DNA of 64,000 nucleotides, from assembly GCA_030390025.1 (NCBI GenBank), contig CM059431.1, positions 135,782,001-135,846,000 on the forward strand. Reading direction: 5' to 3'. A program made the position numbers and the translations under genes. The stretch's first letter is position 1. Each line of letters starts with the position of its first letter. This document shows positions 38,302 to 50,518 of this stretch, in pieces. Under the pieces are notes generated by a model. The model saw nothing but the letters and a program-made list of their open reading frames with translations, ran no database searches and was not told the origin of the DNA. Origin of the DNA: Squalus acanthias (taxonomy: Eukaryota).

Positions 38302-40227
38302 ATGGCACAACAGGCCAGAAAGAGGGCTCCAAGGTTCTCAGACACAGCATTGGAGGCCTTAATACAGGAGGCCTTAGTACAGGAGGTGGAGAGGAGGAGA
38401 GAGGTCCTGTTTTCAAAGAGGGCCAGGAGTTCCTCCAGACAGACACTGTGAAGGCAGTGGGAGCAGAGAGCCACGGAGGTCAATGCCAACAGTGTTGCCC
38501 CGAGGACCGAGATGCAGTACCGGAAGAAGTTCAATGACCTCACACGAGTGGTCAAGGCCAATGAATGCATCTTCAAATGCCATATCCTACAAACTGCACC
38601 ACTAGTCTCATACACTGCTCAATTCACCCCCATTACTCACCTACCAACAATCTCTATCAATCAGGACTCATCCCTCACATTCATATGCTCCATCTCACCC
38701 GCCTACACTTACCACTGCTGAAAGCCTCACACCCACATCTCACAGCTTGCACACACTGACAGCTATTCAACTATGACAGCTGCATCAACCAAACACATTG
38801 AACCACACTCACTGACACACTTCCCACTCTCTTGCAGGACAAGGAGGCACACAACTGTAGGCAGTGGCAACTAACCAGAGGGGGATAGGCGCACCTCCAT
38901 ATCCTGACCCCGCTCGAGCAGATGGTGCTCGGCATAATTGGAGTAGCTGTGACCGAGTCCATGGCCAACGATGGCACTGAAACCATTGAACATGACAGTA
39001 TGCTCATCGCTAATCCTCCTTCTCACATCCCACCCCACTCATTCCACAATCGCTTGTGACTTACAAGCTGCAGATCATGTAAGCATGCACCTCTTGATTT
39101 CCCCACCCCACTCCCCTCACCACAACTCTACCCTTGTGCCTTTCTCATTTCAGCAACCCAAGAAATCCAACCTGTCCAGTCAGCGGTGGAAGAGTCATAG
39201 TCATAGAGTCATAGAGTCATAACGGCACAGAAGGAGGCCATTCGGCCCATCAAGTCTGCGCCGGCTCTCTGTAGAGCAATCCAGTCAGTCCCATTCCCCT
39301 GAGGAAGAGGAGAGTGATGATGAAGAAGAAACACCATCACTCGATCTGGCACTCGCAGCCACTAGCTCAGATACTGGCACTGCACAGACTTTAAAGGCGG
39401 GATCTGCACATGGTGAGTCACCAGGCATGAGTGGGCTGTAGCCAGGGCAGGGGGAAAGGGTGCACAGGACTCAGATGAGGATTTCAATGGGGCAGCCTTC
39501 AGAACAAAGCTGATGGGTATACACAACAAAATGCTTGGTGCTTTGGCAGGGCTGCCAGAATGCCCGAATGCAATGTCCAGGAGCATGGAAGAGTACAGCA
39601 CCAACCTTGCACAGGGCTTTGTGCAGTGCTTGGAGACTATCGTTTCCAGCGTGGAAGGGGTGGGCAGATCCATTAGCGCACTTGTGGACCCAACCATCAT
39701 GCAGCATCTGATGGCCGAAGTCTCAGCTTCCATTTCAACACAAGCACAAGCCACCCAACATCTGAGTGTTGCAATGGAAGCTCAGACTGAAGTCATGCAA
39801 GCATAGACTGCTGCCATCATGGCTGTGGTTAGCAATGTTGAAAGGGGATTGCAGGGTGTCACAGCAGTCCAGCAATCTGTCCTCCAGCAGATTATTAGGA
39901 TTGCTGAGGCGCCACCACGAGAGAGTGGTAGTGGCTCCATGGAGGACGAACCTGCTGTCCTCCTCCACCAGTGCCCTTGCTGTTGCCTGTCAGCCAGCCA
40001 GCCCAGACTACTGCCTCCCATGTCGAGGTGGTGCAGTCTGAAAAAGGGCCTACCAGGCCCATAGCTGCTCGAGGTCATCCTGCAAGGCCATCTGCAGCCT
40101 CCCCCACTGAAAGTTAGTAGACTTCCACCAGCCATGCTGCAGCCACTGGGGTAGCGCTGCAAAGGAGCACTAGGAAAGGCAAAGGCACATGGAAGACAGA
40201 CACTAAGGGATTGCACAATGGTGATTA
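38302..40227 (+). pseudogene. Harbinger Myb/SANT-like DNA-binding protein, three exons (~38302-38556, ~38838-38997, ~39154-40227)
   Basis: MAQQARKRAPRFSDTALEAL..VERRREVLF..QYRKKFNDLTRVVK; TTGCAG and TTTCAG acceptors; premature stops; CR1 tail inserted at ~39194-39300. Confidence 0.8.
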
Positions 40228-40367
40228 GTTGATTTTGAATGAAATATTGTAATTGTTTGATTCATAAAATTGGTTTGGAATGTTTGTTTTGAAGTGGCTT
40301 TTATTGTAGCATTGTGGCCAAGAGAACAATGTGATGGTCAGTAACAGAGGGAAGGTAAGGTATGGGA

Positions 40368-41588
40368 CTATTGGTGAATGGGGAATTGGGGTTGCGTTTG
40401 CTGGTACCGCAGTCGGATGAATTGATCACAGACAGCCCAGGCTGAACAGGGCTGTCTGGGTTGCCTCCTCCCTTCTGCTTCCTCATTCTCCTCTTCAGGT
40501 TCCTCCTCCTCCTCCTCCTCCTCCTCTTCCTCTTCCTCCATCTCAACCTTCTCAGCTGGTCGCTGTATGCCTGGTGGCAAGGGCTGTGCCTTCCTGATGG
40601 CGAGGTTATGGCGCATGCAGCAGACTACGACAAATCTTGAGACGTGCTCTGGCAAGTACTGCAGGGCTCCTCCAGTGTGGTCCAGGCAGCAGAAGCTTTT
40701 TTTAAGGACACCAATGGTCTGCTCTATCAGGTTCCATGTGGCAGCAAGGCTTTCATTGTACGCATCCTGCCCACGTGTGCATGGGTTGTGCAGCAGAGTC
40801 ATGAGCCAGGTGGTCAGTGGATAGCCCTTGTCGCCCAGTAGCCACCCTCTGGTTTGTCGTGGTGGCTCAAATGGTGATGGTACAGTGGACTGCCGCAGAA
40901 TGAAGGCATCGTGGCTGCTGCCAGGATACAGAGAATTGACCTGCATAATATGCTGAGTATGGTCGCCCTCCAGCTGGACATTGAGGGATTGGAATCCCTT
41001 CCGGTTGCGGTAGATCTTCAAATTGAGGTGCGGCTCCCGCAAAGCGACGTGTGTGCAGTCAATGGCACCCTACACTATGGGGAAGCCTGCTGTCCTGATG
41101 AAGCCGCATTCCTGCTCCACCTGCTTCTCTCTGGCAAGAGAAAATGGAATGTATTCAGCTCTCTTTACATACAGAGTCTCACTCACCTTCCTTATACAGG
41201 AGCGGATGGCGAACTGGGAGATGTTACAGATGTTGCCTGCTCTAGCCTGGAAAGAGCCCAACGCAAAGTTCAAGGCCACGGTCGCCTTTACAGCCACTGG
41301 CAATGCCATCCTTACCCTGGACTGAGGCTGCAGGTCTGCCTGTAGCAGGTGGCAGATTTCAGTGAGCACCTCCTTAGTAAAACGGTGACATTGCACACAC
41401 TGTTCTTCGCTGAGGTTGAGGCAGGAGAATTGCTCCTGAAGACCATGGGTGGATATGGCCTGCTGCTGAGAGACCTTCTCCCACTCCTCCTCCTGCCTCT
41501 TTTAGCAACTTGTCCTGCTCTGCGTCACCTGTGCTCATTCTCCCTGTCATGCTGCAGGCCAAGGGGGATACAAACTACTGCATCCATG
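40368..41588 (-). pseudogene. Harbinger DDE transposase pseudogene
   Basis: [56 protein letters not shown]; acidic tail; stop near 41070. Confidence 0.92.
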
Positions 41589-42779
41589 TCTGGGAGCAAC
41601 TGGTCTGAGCAAACCCCTTGCAAGTCAGTACCAAGTCCTTGAGCAGGTGCCACACCACACCACTCCTTGCAGACCTTAGACAACTTTAAAGAAGTCTAGA
41701 AAGCACCAAACACTTCCACAAACTCAGTAACAGCTATTAGAAATCAATCATCAACTAACCTGTAAATAGGTGATGATCCCTTTAAATAATGCTGGTAGGG
41801 GTCCTTCCTGCTGTAGAATGCATGCTCAACTGTGGGAGGTTATGAGAGGGCGTTAGCTCCAGCGCTGAAGTCGAAAAATGGCAGCACTGGCTTCAAATCA
41901 GCATTTCATGCTGATTGACATCACGATCTGTGTACTCTGCATACTTCTGCTGCACGCTCCCAGTACCGACGCTAACGCCCTCACCAACATGTTGTCCGGC
42001 ACAGCCCATACCAGAAGTGTGCACGCTGCTCAGACACCACTTTTGACCCAAAATGGCACCCACAGCTCCCAAACAATGGGTGCTAGGTAACCAATGTTCC
42101 CGTTAAGGTGTGCGGCCACGCAGCGGTGTGGAGATCCCATGCAGGCCGCTCACCAGCTTTTAAATGGAAAAAACTGTGCATGCGCGATAATTTGAATGGG
42201 CTGCACAGCCCATTAAAAGGGCCGTGCACCCAAAAAATAATTAGTGGAATCATTGTATGCAACCGAATTTTTAGCCCAAAGTTTGTTGCCAAAGCCTTTG
42301 CTGTTTCCACCCTTACTTCTCTCAGCAACCTAGGATGCATCCCATCCGGACTGGGTGACTTTTCTACTTTGCGCGCTGCCAACCTTTTAACTAACTCCTC
42401 TTTATCTATTTTTATCAAATCCAATATCTACTGCCTCCTCCTTTACTGCTATATTGGCCAGCGTCCTCTTCTCTAGTGAAGACAGTTGCGAAGTACTCTT
42501 TCAATACTTCAGCCATGCCCTCGACCTCCACAAGATGATATCCTTTTTGGTCTCTAATCGGCCCCACCTTCATTTGATTATCCTTTTACACTTTATGGCC
42601 TAGAAATTCATCTTGGGCAGTGGAGCAAAAGGGCGGTATTGGATTGGCCGCTCGTTATATACAGCGCCCGATATTCAGTTCCAACCCGACTTTTATCATA
42701 AGCCTCCCTTTTCTGTTTTATTGTAATCTCAATTTCTTTACTCATCTAGGGAGCTCTAGCCCTTCCTTTCCACCTCATG

Positions 42780-43039
42780 GGAAACCTACCTTCTATATGT
42801 AGATATGTTTTGACTTTCAGCAATTTGTGCATTAACCTTTTGAATGCTTGCAGCAAATCAGCTCTCACTGCATGGGTCAGCAATTTATTCCCAATGTTGG
42901 CGACTCTCTGTAACCAGCAGAACCGCCTAGCATTCAACATAGTTCTATGCTTTTGTAACATATACTTATGCCTCCTGGTCCTTACTAACCTATCCAGTTC
43001 AAATAGATTTTCCATTTGGATTGAGTTGAATAATTTCTT
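42780..43039 (-). mobile_element. Old CR1-like 3' fragment
   Basis: RTRRHKYML..FCWLQRVANIGNKL resembles the RT C-terminus. Confidence 0.55.
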
Positions 43040-44780
43040 GGGCTGGGATTTTACTAACCTCGGCGGGTCCGTGGTGGGCAGCGTCGGTGGCGGGTTCCGA
43101 CCCCGCTGCTGGCTCCATCCCGCTCTGTGAAATGAATTTCCCCTGATTGGGCTTGTTAAGCCTGCCCAGCGGGTTTCCCCACCAATTAGAGGTAGAAGCT
43201 CTGGTGACGTCATTTGATGACGCATCATCAGCCGGTTTTCTTTAAGGGACCATGTCCAAATTTATTTTGACATTTGCGCTGTCAGTGTTCTACAGCATTG
43301 AAGTGCTGCAAACACTGACAATGACTGCACAAAGGCACAGGGCTGCACTCAGGCTCTCCCATGACTCCCTCCATATGCTTATGGAGGGAATCACAGCACT
43401 CAGGGAGGTCCTCTTCCCTTCCCATGGGTGGAAGAGACCTCCCCAAGAGATCAACACAGCCTGGTTGTACATTGCAGAGGAGGGCACAAGCAGGGATGTG
43501 GTCAGGAGGACCTGGGTGCAGTGCCACAAATGTTTCAATGATCACAGTAGATCATGAAATGTTAGTACAAAGCCACACTCAGCCTCATCCTGCTGTGCCT
43601 CTCATCACATCCCCATCACTCTGCCTTCCCTACCCTACTCCTGCACATCCTTACTCACACCAACTTACCTTGCACCTCAACCCATCCCTCTCTATCTACA
43701 TTATTACATCCCTATCTCACTAACCACCCGTCACACTCACCCTCATCTTAGTGCAATCATACCAACTAACAACACACAAGGGTAGGCAGTTTGGTGTTTC
43801 AGCCAATGTTCGTGTAAAGCTTCTGTTAATGTGGTGTCAAGCATTGAAACCTTTATTTTCAGCACTTTGCGTTCTTGGACAGATTTGTGTGCACCTTTGG
43901 AAGTGGCTTAGTGAGTTGCAGTGAATGGCGAGACATAACGGTACCCCCCGCAATGGTAATGAGTGTGAAAGGAATGGTTTGGACATTGTAGGGATGCTTT
44001 ATGGTATAGGTGTGGGGTGGTGCCAACCTGGCACATCATGTGGCAGCCAGGGTGTACAGCATCAAGTGAAGTAAATCTGGCCATGGTGAGACCATCCCTG
44101 GCCTCCCGGGCAGCAATATGCTCGGGTGCTGATGCCCTGTGTTCTGTGCAGCATCAGTTGATTGCGGAGAAGGTTGGTGTTGTTGTTGTTGGTGCTGCTG
44201 GTGTTCCTGGTGCTGCTGGTGTTGGGGCTGATCGTGGTGGGATTCTGAGGACCAAGGTGAGAGAGTATAAAGGGCACCCATGCTGATGGAATAGATGGCA
44301 GGTGATGTAGAGATGACAGAAACGATCTGTCAATGGTGAGAGAGGTAATGAGGTCAGACTGGATAGAGAATTGTGCAAGGACTTGCAACATGGTGAATCT
44401 GTTGTGGAAATGCAGTGAGGATGAGCTTGTGGCTGAGGGAAGATACCTCTGTAAGGTGGGTGCATTTACTTTACATTTGAAGCTGTCAACTCAGCAGTTG
44501 ATTCAATGGCCACTGAACTCCCACCTCAGCTTGACAGACGTGGTCCATGACCAGCGTGGACCCCGTGGGCGAGCTGTCAAATGCAAAAGGTAAGCTGAAA
44601 ATCATTCTTAAGGGGCTCTAAACAAGGCACTAATTACCTGAATTGGGTCCCTCGCCGCTGTGTGTCGGGTCTGCTCAGCGTTGGCAGACCCGACATTGGG
44701 AAAAGCACGTGGTGACCCGCTGTGAAAAGAAATCACTTTCCCACTCGTCCCACCACCGATCGCACCCGCTGACCCACCAC
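43040..44780. mobile_element. Non-autonomous Harbinger with Myb exon 1 (+) and deleted transposase (-)
   Basis: Starts GGGCTGGGATTTT; ORF 43252-43557 is Myb-like (WVQCHKCFND); 43760-44780 is the reverse complement of parts of 55862-59330. Confidence 0.87.
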
Positions 44781-45113
44781 TAGTCTGCCCATTATCCGTG
44801 CTCTATCTGCTGCCGCTCAGCCAATTTCCTAACCAGGTCAATAATTTTCCCCCAATTCCATCAGCTTAGTTAACAGTCTCTTATGAGTGACTTTATCAAA
44901 TGCCTTCTGGAAGTCCATATAAATAACATCCAGAGACATTCCCCAGTCCACTACTTTAGTCACCTCTTCCAAAAATCGACTTACATTTCACAAATCTCTC
45001 TGATCAACTGAAAATTTTGGAGGTGTTCAGTCACCCTATCCTTAATTAGAGCAATTTCTCCACCGCCTATTCCAGATCCTAACCATTCGCTGCATAAAAA
45101 GGTTTTTCCTCAT

Positions 45114-45419
45114 TCTGCCAGCGCAATTCACACTTCATCTAGAGCCATCCTTTGTTCCTCAACCTGTCCCATTTCCACCTCCTCTTGCCTTGAATATCTC
45201 TTAATGTCTCTCAATGTCTCTTAATCTCTCCTGCTTTCTATCCTATCACTGACCTTCCCTTTTGTTCTTTCATCCCCTCCCCCTTTTCCCAGCCCTAAAC
45301 TTGCTTTAAAATCTATTTTATTTCTTGCTTTTTTCCAGTTCTGACGAAAGGTCTTCGACCTGAAACGTTAACTCTGTTTCTCTCTCCACGGATGCTCCAC
45401 AGCGTTTTCTGTTGTTATT
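45114..45419 (+). mobile_element. Penelope-like element fragment
   Basis: Flanked by a perfect 15-bp TSD AAGGTTTTTCCTCAT (45099-45113, 45420-45434); contains a hammerhead motif. Confidence 0.8.
45337..45373 (+). ncRNA. Minimal type I hammerhead ribozyme motif
   Basis: AGTT-CTGACGA-AAGGTC TTC GACCT-GAAA-CGTT-AACT; predicted cleavage after GUU at 45369. Confidence 0.78.
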
Positions 45420-45750
45420 AAGGTTTTTCCTCATGTCGCCTTTGGTTCTTCTGCCAATCACCTTAAATCTGTGTCCTCTGGTTCTCGACTCTTTCGCCAA
45501 TGGGAACAGTTTCTCTCTACTCTGTCTAGACCCCTCATGATTTTGAACACCTTTATCAAATCTCCTCTCAAACTTCTCTGCTCTAAGGAGAACAACCCCA
45601 GCTTCTCCAATCTATCCATGTAACTGAAGTATCTCATCCCTGGAACCATTCTTGTAAATCTTTTCTCCAGCTTCTCTAAGGCCTTCACATCCTTCCTAAA
45701 GTGCGGTGCCCAGAATTGGACACAATACTCCAGTTGAGGCCGAACCAGAG

Positions 45751-46648
45751 TGTAAGGTCTTAATGATCGCTGAGTTCTTGGACAAGACACCAATAGGCAG
45801 CAGCCAGTATGTTTGAGCAATAGATCAAGATTTATTAAGCATACAGCGTAATATACTTACTATTAGGCGATAGTTTTAACGAGTAGCTCGCAGCCCTAGG
45901 TCTCTGGAACCTCTCGGACACAGATGACGTCGTCTTAAGTCTGTTCCTCTGTCCTCGCAGTACGTCTGTGTAAAGTTGTTCTTTGGGTATCGAGGTTTTA
46001 ACCCTTTTCTTGTCAAAAGTTGGTTTGGCCAGTGTCCATATATGGTCTTTAACAAAATCAACTTTTTTAATTGGTTCTAATGGTCAAAATACCATTGTCA
46101 CTCAGACTAAGGTAGTATCCCGCCTTTCCAGTATTTTTCCACCAACTTTGCCATGTTCAGTGTTATCTTGTTTATAGTTTTTCACCCTATTGGAATTTAC
46201 TTTATCTCTTTCATTTCTAGCTTCCCTGGTACAAGGCCTTTATACCATGGACCCATATCAGCGCTGATTCACTAGTCTTGAGGTATCCAAACTATCTCAC
46301 TTTAATCGACCAGATAAATACTTTAACTTCCATGATCTCTCTCATTTTATGTCCTTATTCTAATTATCCTTTAAATATCGTTGCAATTAGTTTTGTTAAG
46401 CGAATTCTAAGTTCTATACATGTTTTTTTTTAGCAATTTAACCTTCACTTGCAGTCTGTGACTGTTTGTTATCAAAGCTTAGTCAAAACTTTTGATCATC
46501 CTTCGCAGCTGCATTTTGAACAAGTCTTAGCTTTCTTAGTTACCCAGGAGTAATTATGGGTAATATTATTTGGTCAATGGCTACACTTGAAGTTATACAT
46601 ATATGATTCTCATTTACTAAATATCTTTAAATATCAGCCTTTCGTACA
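45751..46648 (-). mobile_element. Solo LTR, 898 bp
   Basis: TGTA...TACA ends; TSD AGAG/AGTG (one mismatch); host CR1 rejoins; minus-strand AATAAA at 45831-45836. Confidence 0.82.
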
Positions 46649-47855
46649 AGTGTTTTATAAAGGTTCATCATAACATCCTTGCTTTTGTATTTTATGCCTC
46701 TATTTATGAAGCCCAGGATCCTGTATACTTTTTTAACTGCTTTCTCAACCTGCCCTGCCACCTTCAATGATTTGTGCACATATACCCAGGGTCTTTCTGT
46801 TCATGCACCCCCTTTAGAATTGTATCCTTTAGTTTATATTGCCTCTCCTCGTTCTTCCTACCAAAATGTATCACTTTGCACTTTTCTGCATTAAATTTCA
46901 TCTGCCACGTGTCCGCCCATTCCACCAGCCTGTCTATGTCTTCTTGAAGTCTATCACTATCCTTCTCACTGTTCACTATACTTCCAAGTTTTGTGTCATC
47001 TGCAAATTTTGAAATTGTGCCCTGTACACCCAAGTCTAAGTCATTAATATATATCAAGAAAAGCAGTGGTCCTAGTACCGATCCCTTGGGAACACCACTG
47101 TGTACCTTCCTCCAGTCCGATAAACAACTGTTCACCACTACTCTCTGTTTCCTGTCACTTAGCCAATTTTGTATCCATGCTGCCACTGTCTGTTATATTC
47201 CATGGGCTTCAACTTTGCTGGCAAGCCGATTATGTGGCACTTTATCAAATGCCTTTTGGAAGTCCATGTACACTACATCAACCACATTGCCCTCATCAAC
47301 CCTCTCTGTTACCTCATCAAAAACTCAATCAAGTTAGTTAAACACAATTTGCATTTAATAAGTTCATGTTGGCTTTCCTTAATTAATCCACACTTGTCCA
47401 AGTGACTGTTAATTTTGTTCCAGATTATCCTTTCTAAAAGCTTCCCAATTACCGAGGTTAAACTGACTTGCCTGTAGTTGCTGAGTTTATCCTTACACAC
47501 TTTTTTGAACAAGGGTGTAACATTTTCAGTTCTCCAGTCCTCTGGCACCACACCTGTATCCAAGAAGGATTGGAAGATTATGGGCAATACATCCGCAATT
47601 TCCACCTTTACTTTCCTCAGCATCCTAGGATGCATCCCATCCGGTCCTGGTGACTTATCTGCTTTAAGTACAGCCAGCCTTTCTAGTATCTCCTCTTTAT
47701 CAATTTTTATCCCATCCAGTATCTCCACTATCTCCTCTTTCATTAGGACTTTGGCAGCATCTTCTTCCTTAGTAAAGACAGATGCAAAGTACGCATTTAG
47801 TACCTCAGCCATGCCCTCTGTCTCCATGCGTAGGTCTCCGTTTTGGTCCCTAATC

Positions 47856-48072
47856 AGTTGAGGCCAATTCAGAAGGCAGTTGAGGCCAATTCATTAAATA
47901 TATTCAAGAAGGAGATAGAGATATTTCTTAAGGCTAAAGGGATCAAGGGATATGAGGAGAAAGCAGGGACAGGGTACTGAATTTGGATGATCAGCCATGA
48001 TCTCATTAAATGGCGGAGCAGGCTCGAGGGGCCGAATGGCCTACTCCTGCTCCTATCTTCTATGCTTCTATG
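47856..48072 (+). mobile_element. Very short CR1 3' end insertion
   Basis: Matches 3386-3580; 6-bp TSD CTAATC. Confidence 0.9.
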
Positions 48073-49130
48073 CTAATCGGCCCCACCCTCCTCTTACTAC
48101 CCATTTACTATTTATATGCCTACAGAAGACTTTTGGATTCCCTTTTATGTTAGCTGCCAATCTATTCTCATACTCTCTCTTTGCCCCTCTTATTTTCTTT
48201 TCCACTTCCCCTCTGAACTTTCTATATTCAGCCTGGTTCTAACTTGTATTCTCCACCTGACATCTGTCATATGCCCCCTTTTTCTACTTCATCTTATTCT
48301 CTATCTCTTCCGTCATCCAGGGAGATCTGGCTTTGATTGCCCTATCTTTCCTCCTCGTGGGAATGTACCTCGACTGTAACCGAACCATCTCCTCTTTAAA
48401 GGCAGCCCATTGTTTGATTACAGTTGTGCCTGCCAATCTTTGATTTCAATTTACCTGGGCCAGATCCATTCTCAACCCACTGAAATTGGCCCTCCACCAA
48501 TTAAGTATTTTTACTCTAGATTGCTCCCTGTCCTTTTCCATAGCTAATCTAAACCTTATGATACTATGATCCCTAAATGTTCCCCGACTGACACTTGCTC
48601 CGCTTGACCCACCTCATTCCCCAGAACCAGATCCAGCAATGCCTCCTTCCTCGTTGGGCCAGAAACATTCTAATTAAGTAAGTTTTCCTGAACACTCATC
48701 AGAAATTCTTCCCTCTCTCTGCCATTTACATTTTTACTATCCCAGTCTATATTCAGATAATTGGAGTCCCTCATTATCACTACTCTATAGTTCTTGCACC
48801 TCTCTGTAATTTCCCTGCAAATTTGCTCCTCTATATCCTTCCCACGAGTTGGTGGCCTATAGAATACACCTAGTAGTGTAATACCACCTCTATTGTTTCT
48901 TAACTCTAACTAAGTACATTCTGTCCTTGACCCCTCCAGGACATCCTCCCTCTCCAGCACTGTAATATTTGCCTTAATCAATACTGCCACCCCACATCCG
49001 TTCTTTCCTTCCTTATCTTTCCTGAACACCTTATATCCAGGAATATTTGGTACCCAATCCTGTCCTTTTTTGAGCCAGTTCTCCATTATCGCCACAACAT
49101 CATATTCCCATGTGTTTATTTTCACCTGCA

Positions 49131-50518
49131 GTCATTGGGAAAATGCTGGAGTCCTTCATTAAGGAAGCAGTAGCAGGGCATTTGGAAAATCATAATGCAG
49201 TCAAGCAGAGTCAGCATGGTTTTATGAAAGGGAAATCATGTTTAACAAATTTGCTGGAGTTCTTTGAGGATGTAACGAGCAGGGTGGAAAAAGGTGAGCC
49301 AGTGGATGTGGTGTATTTGGATTTCCAGAAGGCATTCGATAAGGTGCCACATAAAAGGTTACTGCATAAGATAAGATCTCACGGAGTTGGGGGTAATATA
49401 TTAGCATGGATAGAGAATTGGCTAACTAACAGAAAGCAGAGAGTCGGGATTAATGGGTCATTTTCCGGTTAGCAAATGGTAACTAGTGGGGTGTCACAGG
49501 GATCGGGGTGCTGGGGCCCCAACTATTTACAATCTACATTAATGACTTGGATGAAGGGACCGAGTGTAATGTAGCCAAGTTTGCGGATGATACAAAGATG
49601 GGTGGGAAAGCAAGTTGTGCAGATGACTCAAAGAATCTGCAAAGGGATATAGACAGGCAAAGTGAGTGGGCAAACATTTGGCAGATGGAGTATAATGTGG
49701 GAAAGTGCGAGGTTATCCACTTTGGCAGGAAAAATAAAAAATCAAATTATTATTTAAATGGAGAGAGATTACAAAATGCTACAGTTCAGAGGGACCTGGG
49801 GGTCCTTGTGCATGAAACACAAAAAGTTAGCATGCAGGTACAGCAAGTAATCAAAAAGGCAAATGGAATGTTGGCCTTTATTTCAAGGGGGTTGGAGTAT
49901 AAAAGCAGGGAAGTCCTGCTACAACTGTACAGGGTATTGGTGAGACCACACCTTGAGTACTGCGTACAGTTTTGGTCTCCTTATTTAAGGAAGGATATAC
50001 TTGCATTGGAGGCAGTTCAGAGATGATTCACTAGGTTAATTCCAGAGATGAGGGGGTTGACTTATGAGGAAAGGTTGAGCAGGTTGGGCCTATACTCATT
50101 GGAATTTAGAAGAATGAGAGGTGATCTTATTGAAACATATAAGATACTGAGTGGGCTCGACAAGGTAGATGCAGAGAGGATGTTTCCCCTCGTGGGGAAA
50201 TCTAGAACTCGGGGGCATAGTTTCAGAATAAAGGGTCACCCTTTTAGAACTGAGATGAGGAGGAATTTCTTCTCTCAGAGGGTCGTAAATCTGTGGAATT
50301 CTCTGCCGCAGAGAGCTGTGGAGGCTGGGTCATTAAATACATTTAAGGTGGAGATAGACAAATTTTTGCAAGATAAGGGAGTGAAGGGTTATGGGGAGCG
50401 GGCAGGGAAGCAGCTTTGAGCCCAAGATTAGCCATGATCTTATTGAATGGCGGAGCAGGCTCGAGGGGCCAAGTGGCCTATTCCTGCTCCTATTTCTTAT
50501 GTTCTTATGTTCTTATGT
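49131..50518 (+). mobile_element. 5'-truncated CR1 inserted antisense in the long CR1
   Basis: ORFs 49110-49472, 49508-50026 and 50048-50419; (TTCTTATG)n tail. Confidence 0.93.

Larger units (their letters stand above)
37995..42277. mobile_element. Full-length two-gene PIF/Harbinger transposon, decayed, 4283 bp
   Basis: Perfect 14-bp TIR GGGCTAAAAATTCG; TSD AAA; convergent Myb/SANT and transposase genes; inserted in a CR1. Confidence 0.93.
35024..42597 (-). mobile_element. CR1 LINE in three pieces (35024-35633, 37128-37994, 42278-42597) split by Harbinger elements
   Basis: ORF2 reading continues across both insertions; 3' UTR at 35024-35140. Confidence 0.85.

Noticed and set aside
40368..41588. 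Possible host HARBI1 or MSANTD/NAIF1 gene
   Set aside because: Enclosed by TIRs and a TSD, multi-copy, and disrupted by stops, so it is a transposon rather than a domesticated gene.
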